Source of the DNA: Chlamydiales bacterium
GTDB taxonomy: Bacteria > Chlamydiota > Chlamydiia > Chlamydiales > JAAKFR01
Reading direction: 5' to 3'
Length of the DNA stretch: 32,000 bases
Assembly (NCBI GenBank): GCA_041395025.1
Contig: JAWLBH010000001.1
Location: 450,001-482,000, forward strand
The notes beneath the pieces were generated by a model, which searched no databases, was not told where the DNA came from, and was given only the letters and a program-made list of their open reading frames with translations. Shown here piece after piece: positions 27,358-32,000 of this stretch; positions within the stretch are counted from its first letter, which is position 1; every line of letters begins with the position of its first letter. The translations under genes were made by a program, and so were the position numbers.

Positions 27358-28166
27358 CAGATATGCTTGATATCCTCTAAATAGAAAATCAGCCAATTTA
27401 AAAAAGTTGGAAAAGCAAAATTGTTTTCTAAATGATCAGGATCAAGAAAATTACTGATTCTTCGATCATGTAGCGAAAAATAGATATTCCCCATTTCTTC
27501 TTCTGGACACCAATCGAGATAAAAACACTGATAGCAATGAAGCTCAAAAGATTCATAAAAAGAAATCAAGTGAGACGTGTCAATTTCTTCTCCATCAGGA
27601 CGAATAAGAATTTCTTCCGATAACAAATACTGAAACTGTTGATAAACACGTGCCATATCTTGAGATTTGATTAACCCTCTATCAGTATATTTACAAAAAC
27701 CATCATGAATATGTAAAAAGGCTAAGTAATCAGAAGGGAAAGTCACATAGGGAAACTGACGACAAAGACGATCAAAAGCTAAATCAGTGATAGGAGGGTT
27801 CCCGTGAAAAAACCCTGCAGCTTCTTTTAATGCATACACCATGTGGATATCAAAAGGATGGCCCGGTTTGAGTTGTGTTGCAAAAATTTCAATATCTTCT
27901 AAACTTTCAAAAAATGTCCTTAGCCTTGCCTCTAAATGATTTGATCTCTGAGAAATACAGGGCAGCTTTGATAGCCAAAATTCATAAGTAAACTCAATTC
28001 TATCTTCTTGGGATAGACGGCTTAATTCAAACCATCCTCGTGGAAGAAATGGGGTTTTAAAACAAAGTTCATCCCATTTCAAATCAACTACACGATGCAA
28101 AGGAATTACATGATGAAAATACATCTCATCTTCTGGAAAGAAATACTTATAAAACTGTTCATCCAT
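27357..28166 (-). CDS. Hypothetical protein with C-terminal SUKH/SMI1-KNR4-like motif pattern
   Basis: 269 aa with ATG at 28166, first gene of the hprK-ptsH-ptsI string. FPSDYLAFLHIHDGF, LISFYESFELHCYQCFYLDW and MGNIYFSLHD follow the SMI1_KNR4 pattern (lPxdYkxFLxxxNG ... lipFa ... yclD ... vy). No TM segment or signal peptide. Confidence 0.55.
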   Translation of the reverse strand: MDEQFYKYFFPEDEMYFHHVIPLHRVVDLKWDELCFKTPFLPRGWFELSRLSQEDRIEFTYEFWLSKLPCISQRSNHLEARLRTFFESLEDIEIFATQLKPGHPFDIHMVYALKEAAGFFHGNPPITDLAFDRLCRQFPYVTFPSDYLAFLHIHDGFCKYTDRGLIKSQDMARVYQQFQYLLSEEILIRPDGEEIDTSHLISFYESFELHCYQCFYLDWCPEEEMGNIYFSLHDRRISNFLDPDHLENNFAFPTFLNWLIFYLEDIKHI

Positions 28167-28198
28167 AGAAGAAAAGCATATACAATTTTATAGAAATT

Positions 28199-29587
28199 AT
28201 GAAACAAGTTTGGATTCGATACCCCGCGCTCTTTTATGGGCTCACACTGTTTCTTGGGACCTTGTTTGCCCTTGCTTCTCCTCTAGCCATTCTTCCCCTC
28301 TTTCTTTTAATGAATAAAGAGAATGTTTTCAAAGGGGCTCTTATTTTTCTTATTCCAATGGTTTATCTTTATCATGTGTATATCTTTCCCCCTTCCGATA
28401 CGGTTGTCTCTGGGAAATTTTATATACAGTCAATTCAAGAAAGCAGAAGTATCACAAAAGGATGGAACTACCGGGGTCTGCTTAAAACTCCTACAGGATC
28501 TCTTGCTTGTTTAATACATAGTAAAACTCGCTATCTTGCTAATCAGATTTACCAGATCCATGGAAAAGCTTATTCCGAAAGTGGGTATTTTTATTTGATC
28601 AAGGAAGCTGAATGGATGGCACTTTATAAGACCTGCTCACTTGTTGAGATGCGTTATCAAGCAAAAAAATGGGTCAGAAGCTATATCAAGAGACATATCA
28701 AAAATAGACGCTCTGCTCAATTTTTAACTGGGATGATCACAGGTTCCCTTGAAGATCCCATGCTAATCCAGGAATTTAGTCATCTTGGCCTATCTCATAT
28801 CATGGCAATTTCAGGATTTCACTTCGCTTTACTCACTCTCTTTATCCATTTATTGCTCCACCTATTTTTGCCTCCAAAAGGAGAAGCTTGTCTCTTAATT
28901 TTCATCTTAACGATCTATCTGCTCTTCATTGGAGAAAGTCCTTCTATCCAAAGAGCCTGGATCGTGACTCTGCTCTTTCTTATAGGGCAAATTTTTGAAC
29001 GATCCTCACAACCCCTGAATTCTCTAGGAGTCGCTCTTTTTATTGTGATCTTTCTTAATCCCCTTTCAGCTATCACTCTAAGCTTTCAACTCAGCTTCCT
29101 AGCCACAGCAGGCATTTTAGTTCTCTATCAACCTCTTAATCAACTTCTACAACTTTGGATTCCGAAAATTTCTTTAAAAGAAGCCCTAGCCCATAGACTG
29201 ATTTGGCAACATTTTTATTTTTTAGCAGCACTGATTCGAGAAGCTCTTACTCTCACACTTTCTGTACATCTTGCCCTTCTTCCTCTATTGCTTTATCACT
29301 TCCATACTTTTTCTCTCAACAGCCTCATCTATAATCTCTTTTTTCCTTTTTGTGCGAGCCTTGCTCTTTTTCTTTTTATCATCAGTATTCTTACAGGTGG
29401 TCTTCTCCATCCCCTTAACAACTGGTATTGTGGATGGTTACTAAAACTTACAGAATCTCCTCCTATTCTTTTTAAAACTTTTTTCTTAGAAAAAATCTCT
29501 CCTGAATTATGCACAATTTACATGAGTGTACTATTCAGTCTTGCCATCTATTGGACCTATCGTCCACAAAAAAAAACAGAGATGTAG
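28199..29587 (+). CDS. comEC: ComEC/Rec2 DNA-uptake channel protein (competence domain; no C-terminal metallo-beta-lactamase domain)
   Basis: 462 aa, polytopic. HLGLSHIMAISGFHFALL is the ComEC competence-domain signature. An N-terminal OB/DUF4131-like region is present. The protein ends directly after the membrane domain. Confidence 0.85.
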   Translation: MKQVWIRYPALFYGLTLFLGTLFALASPLAILPLFLLMNKENVFKGALIFLIPMVYLYHVYIFPPSDTVVSGKFYIQSIQESRSITKGWNYRGLLKTPTGSLACLIHSKTRYLANQIYQIHGKAYSESGYFYLIKEAEWMALYKTCSLVEMRYQAKKWVRSYIKRHIKNRRSAQFLTGMITGSLEDPMLIQEFSHLGLSHIMAISGFHFALLTLFIHLLLHLFLPPKGEACLLIFILTIYLLFIGESPSIQRAWIVTLLFLIGQIFERSSQPLNSLGVALFIVIFLNPLSAITLSFQLSFLATAGILVLYQPLNQLLQLWIPKISLKEALAHRLIWQHFYFLAALIREALTLTLSVHLALLPLLLYHFHTFSLNSLIYNLFFPFCASLALFLFIISILTGGLLHPLNNWYCGWLLKLTESPPILFKTFFLEKISPELCTIYMSVLFSLAIYWTYRPQKKTEM

Positions 29588-30027
29588 GACTATCTTGCTT
29601 ATTCTAAGATCAGAATGGATTTGAGAGTTTTTTGGATAGATCACTAAGATATTTTGCCTCTCAATATCTCTTTATAGAAGCTTCTATATCCATCGTCAAT
29701 CTCTTCCTTATTCATGAGGAATAAGCTCGATGTGTGATTTTTCAAAATTAGAGATTTTATAGGACTAGAACTCAGTCTGATTCAATGAGGTACAATTTTC
29801 CTCTCTTTTTCTAAATCTGAGTATCTTATGATCCAATCCTTAAATCACAAAAATTGGTCTAAAGCATTTTTAGAGATACTTAAATACAATGAAATCTCTA
29901 TTTGTAGAGTTTCTGATTTCGAATGAAATCAATACATTTAAATTTCGCAAAAATATAGCTAGAGTCTTCGAATAAATCTAAGGTAGCTCATCCTATCATA
30001 ATTGCTAAAGCAATCACATATTGTTTC

Positions 30028-31539
30028 TTAGGGTTCATCCTCATCTTCTTCACTATCTACTTCTTTGATCATTTTAAAAAAATCATTTACCTCTTCTAAC
30101 TCTTTATTCTCCTCTTCTCGGACATCAGGAGAAGATTGAACTTCTTGTTCTACAAGAGACCTATAATTTTCTATTCGAGAGTCTTTTAAGTAATTGACTT
30201 CTAATTCTTCTCCTAATCCTTCACTGTTACCGTCTAACAATAAATGATTAGATAAAAATGAACTAGACAAGTATTTGTCTTCTAGCAATTTTCCCTTCTC
30301 TTCTGCTTCCTCTATTTTTTGCTCAACCGTTCTATGATCCTCCGGGTCTAGATTACTATCATTCAAGTCTAGATAACTTCTTGAAAGTGAGATAGATGAG
30401 ATGTTAATTATTGTTGATTCTCCGCCTGTTTCTTCTTGTTGTTTTTGATCGATCTGCTTAGATGACTCATGAGATCTTAATTCATTAAATGCCTCTTTTA
30501 ACATAACTTTAAGTAAATGCTTGCGTTTGTCGTTAGATACATTTTTTTGTTTGGATAAATCTTTATTTAAAATATTTTTCCATGAAAAATTTTTAACCTG
30601 ATCTTTAATTTTATTAATAAAACCATTTCGCTCTTCAGGTGTAGCACACAACTTCCCAAAAACTTGATCTGATGTTTTAATCACTATTAGATAGTCATTA
30701 TTTTTACTTCCAGTAATATAACTCTTCTGTGGAAGGTTTATAAAATTTTTCTTATCAAGTGACTTAAATTTGCCTTGATTAAACATTTGATTAAAAAAAT
30801 AATCATCCTCAACAGTACCTAGCTCTTGTTGTTGTCGATAGATTGAGTTCTGTAATTCTTTGTTTATTTTTATTGTCTCTTCAGTTGGATTTAGCTGGGG
30901 ATTTGGTAAACATTCGCTTTCTAGCATTAATGGTGCCTCTACAAAAAGTAAACGATTCAACAATTCCTCGTTATCTTTATTCGCAATCTCTTTTTTTTGC
31001 TGTTGAGAGGGAGAACAATCCTCTTCTTCCGGTGGAAGAAGATCCTGATTATCTTGATCCTCATTATGACTCAGCTCGTTGTTGTTAAGATAGGCATTAA
31101 TTTGTGGTGTATGAGATTGAGATAATGCTATTGGATCACAAACTTGTTTTGGAGATAGATCTGGTTTCAAACTTGCTGGTGGAAGGTCTTGGGTCGAATT
31201 GCGTACAACTGAGAGGGATTCTATGTTCTGTTCTTTTACTTCTTTCGCATATTTTAACTGAAGTGCTTTAAGAGCAGCCAAGATCACTAATCCTCCCCCT
31301 ATACCCATAAAAGCTATCGTATATTCTTCCTTAAAGCTTCCCATGTTCTTCAATCCAAACCAACCTCGATGCATTCCAAACATGACTAAACCGATCGTAA
31401 AGACAATGACCCCTAATGCTAATGCTGTAATTAGTAGATTCCGATTCGATTTCGAAATTCGATTCCTCTTGATACTATTTATAAGTGGTATTTCTTGTTG
31501 AGATAACTCTAATTTCTGATTTGATGTTTGTGATGTCAT
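30028..31539 (-). CDS. Inc-like membrane protein (bilobed hydrophobic domain plus long acidic/coiled C-terminal region); candidate type III secreted effector
   Basis: 503 aa. Polar N-terminus MTSQTSNQKLELSQQEIP. Two hydrophobic lobes, LLITALALGVIVFTIGLVMFGM (aa 35-56) and IAFMGIGGGLVILAALKAL (aa 75-93), separated by an 18-aa loop (nt 31261-31437). The remainder is Q/E/K/N/D-rich and ends in DSEEDEDEP. Confidence 0.6.
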   Translation of the reverse strand: MTSQTSNQKLELSQQEIPLINSIKRNRISKSNRNLLITALALGVIVFTIGLVMFGMHRGWFGLKNMGSFKEEYTIAFMGIGGGLVILAALKALQLKYAKEVKEQNIESLSVVRNSTQDLPPASLKPDLSPKQVCDPIALSQSHTPQINAYLNNNELSHNEDQDNQDLLPPEEEDCSPSQQQKKEIANKDNEELLNRLLFVEAPLMLESECLPNPQLNPTEETIKINKELQNSIYRQQQELGTVEDDYFFNQMFNQGKFKSLDKKNFINLPQKSYITGSKNNDYLIVIKTSDQVFGKLCATPEERNGFINKIKDQVKNFSWKNILNKDLSKQKNVSNDKRKHLLKVMLKEAFNELRSHESSKQIDQKQQEETGGESTIINISSISLSRSYLDLNDSNLDPEDHRTVEQKIEEAEEKGKLLEDKYLSSSFLSNHLLLDGNSEGLGEELEVNYLKDSRIENYRSLVEQEVQSSPDVREEENKELEEVNDFFKMIKEVDSEEDEDEP

Positions 31540-31694
31540 GGACTACTTAAATTGTTTCAAAAAATATATATTTAAAAAATGGAATTAAATTAAAAAAAAT
31601 TAAAAAACTTTAAAGTCATAAGTTAACATTTTAATAAATTTCAATTTTTTTTAAACTAAAAAAATTATAACATACTAATATGTTGATAGATGGA

Positions 31695-32000
31695 TTAATG
31701 GGGATATGGTTCTTTGATAAAAGAGACGAAATAGAGAAGCGTTGCAATCGTCTTACTATCCCGAATAGTTCCAGCTTTGATCATTTCCAAGGCCTTCATT
31801 AACTTAATCACTACGACCTTGATCTCTTCCATCGCATCAAGTTTCTGGATGCGTTGAGTTAGATCTGTTGCTCGGTAAATATAAAGTTTTTCATTACAAA
31901 AACCAGGAGTTGAGTAGCAATTAAACAGGTGTGTGATCTCTCCAGCTCGATATCCTGTTTCTTCTTCAAGTTCACGAGCTGCACACATTAGAGGATCTTC
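31695..32000 (-). CDS. NUDIX hydrolase (ADP-ribose pyrophosphatase-like), 5' end outside window
   Basis: The reading frame stays open to the window edge. EDPLMCAARELEEETGY is the second half of a Nudix box, so the true start lies beyond 32000. Stop codon at 31695-31697. Confidence 0.8.
   Translation of the reverse strand, partial: EDPLMCAARELEEETGYRAGEITHLFNCYSTPGFCNEKLYIYRATDLTQRIQKLDAMEEIKVVVIKLMKALEMIKAGTIRDSKTIATLLYFVSFIKEPYPH

Noticed and set aside
29913-29932. A ttcgaat-containing stem-loop (tgatt-tcgaatga-aatca) that superficially resembles a tRNA T-arm.
   Set aside because: The loop length is wrong (8 nt). No acceptor, D or anticodon arms can be built around it. I found no tRNA anywhere in the window.
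149-31088. About two dozen 60-122-aa ORFs in the six-frame track that lie inside or antisense to the large genes. They are 149-382, 2138-2374, 3775-3969, 6724-6993, 6801-6995, 7298-7549, 8568-8936, 9433-9669, 11714-12064, 13241-13429, 13789-13992, 17311-17511, 17965-18165, 19457-19696, 20385-20582, 20639-20842, 21706-21888, 22267-22602, 24039-24263, 27102-27302, 28323-28514, 29329-29514 and 30843-31088.
   Set aside because: Each is fully or largely nested in a longer ORF that has clear family motifs. Their translations are low-complexity or hydrophobic mirror-frame products with no recognisable domain.
31441-31466. Palindrome atttcgaaat flanked by direct attcgatt repeats inside the Inc-like gene.
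   Set aside because: It lies within coding sequence (NRISKSNRN), is short, and is explained by the repeated Asn-Arg codons. There is no evidence for a recombination or binding site.

Overview
Gene-dense, AT-rich window (about one-third G+C by eye) that reads as chromosomal core of a member of the Chlamydiota. Gene content and local order recall, from memory, these Chlamydia trachomatis blocks: PLD-lplA / clpC / trmU; ptsN-ptsN-dut-accD-sodM; pmm-small ORF-rnc; dnaX-ybaB / ptsI-ptsH-hyp / comEC. The low GC plus hprK and hemD suggest an environmental (amoeba- or arthropod-associated) chlamydia, but the taxon cannot be fixed from this window. I call 28 CDS, one cut by the right edge. I see no rRNA, tRNA, CRISPR, transposase, integrase or phage genes, and no self-evident novel multi-gene system such as a defence island or biosynthetic cluster. 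The parts worth a second look are these. (1) A PTS with no permease in the window, apparently used as a signalling relay: a translationally coupled operon (SUKH-like ORF, hprK, ptsH, ptsI), plus 13 kb away an HTH-EIIA fusion next to a stand-alone EIIA. (2) A 503-aa Inc-like protein with a bilobed hydrophobic domain, sitting between unusually long, very AT-rich non-coding flanks. (3) Tandem secreted HKD phospholipase-D paralogs coupled to lplA. (4) A HemC that lacks the cofactor-bearing domain 3. (5) A MnSOD that looks strikingly like the mitochondrial type. (6) A PgpH-type 7TM-HD candidate c-di-AMP phosphodiesterase. All functional calls come from motif recognition by eye; no database search was run.
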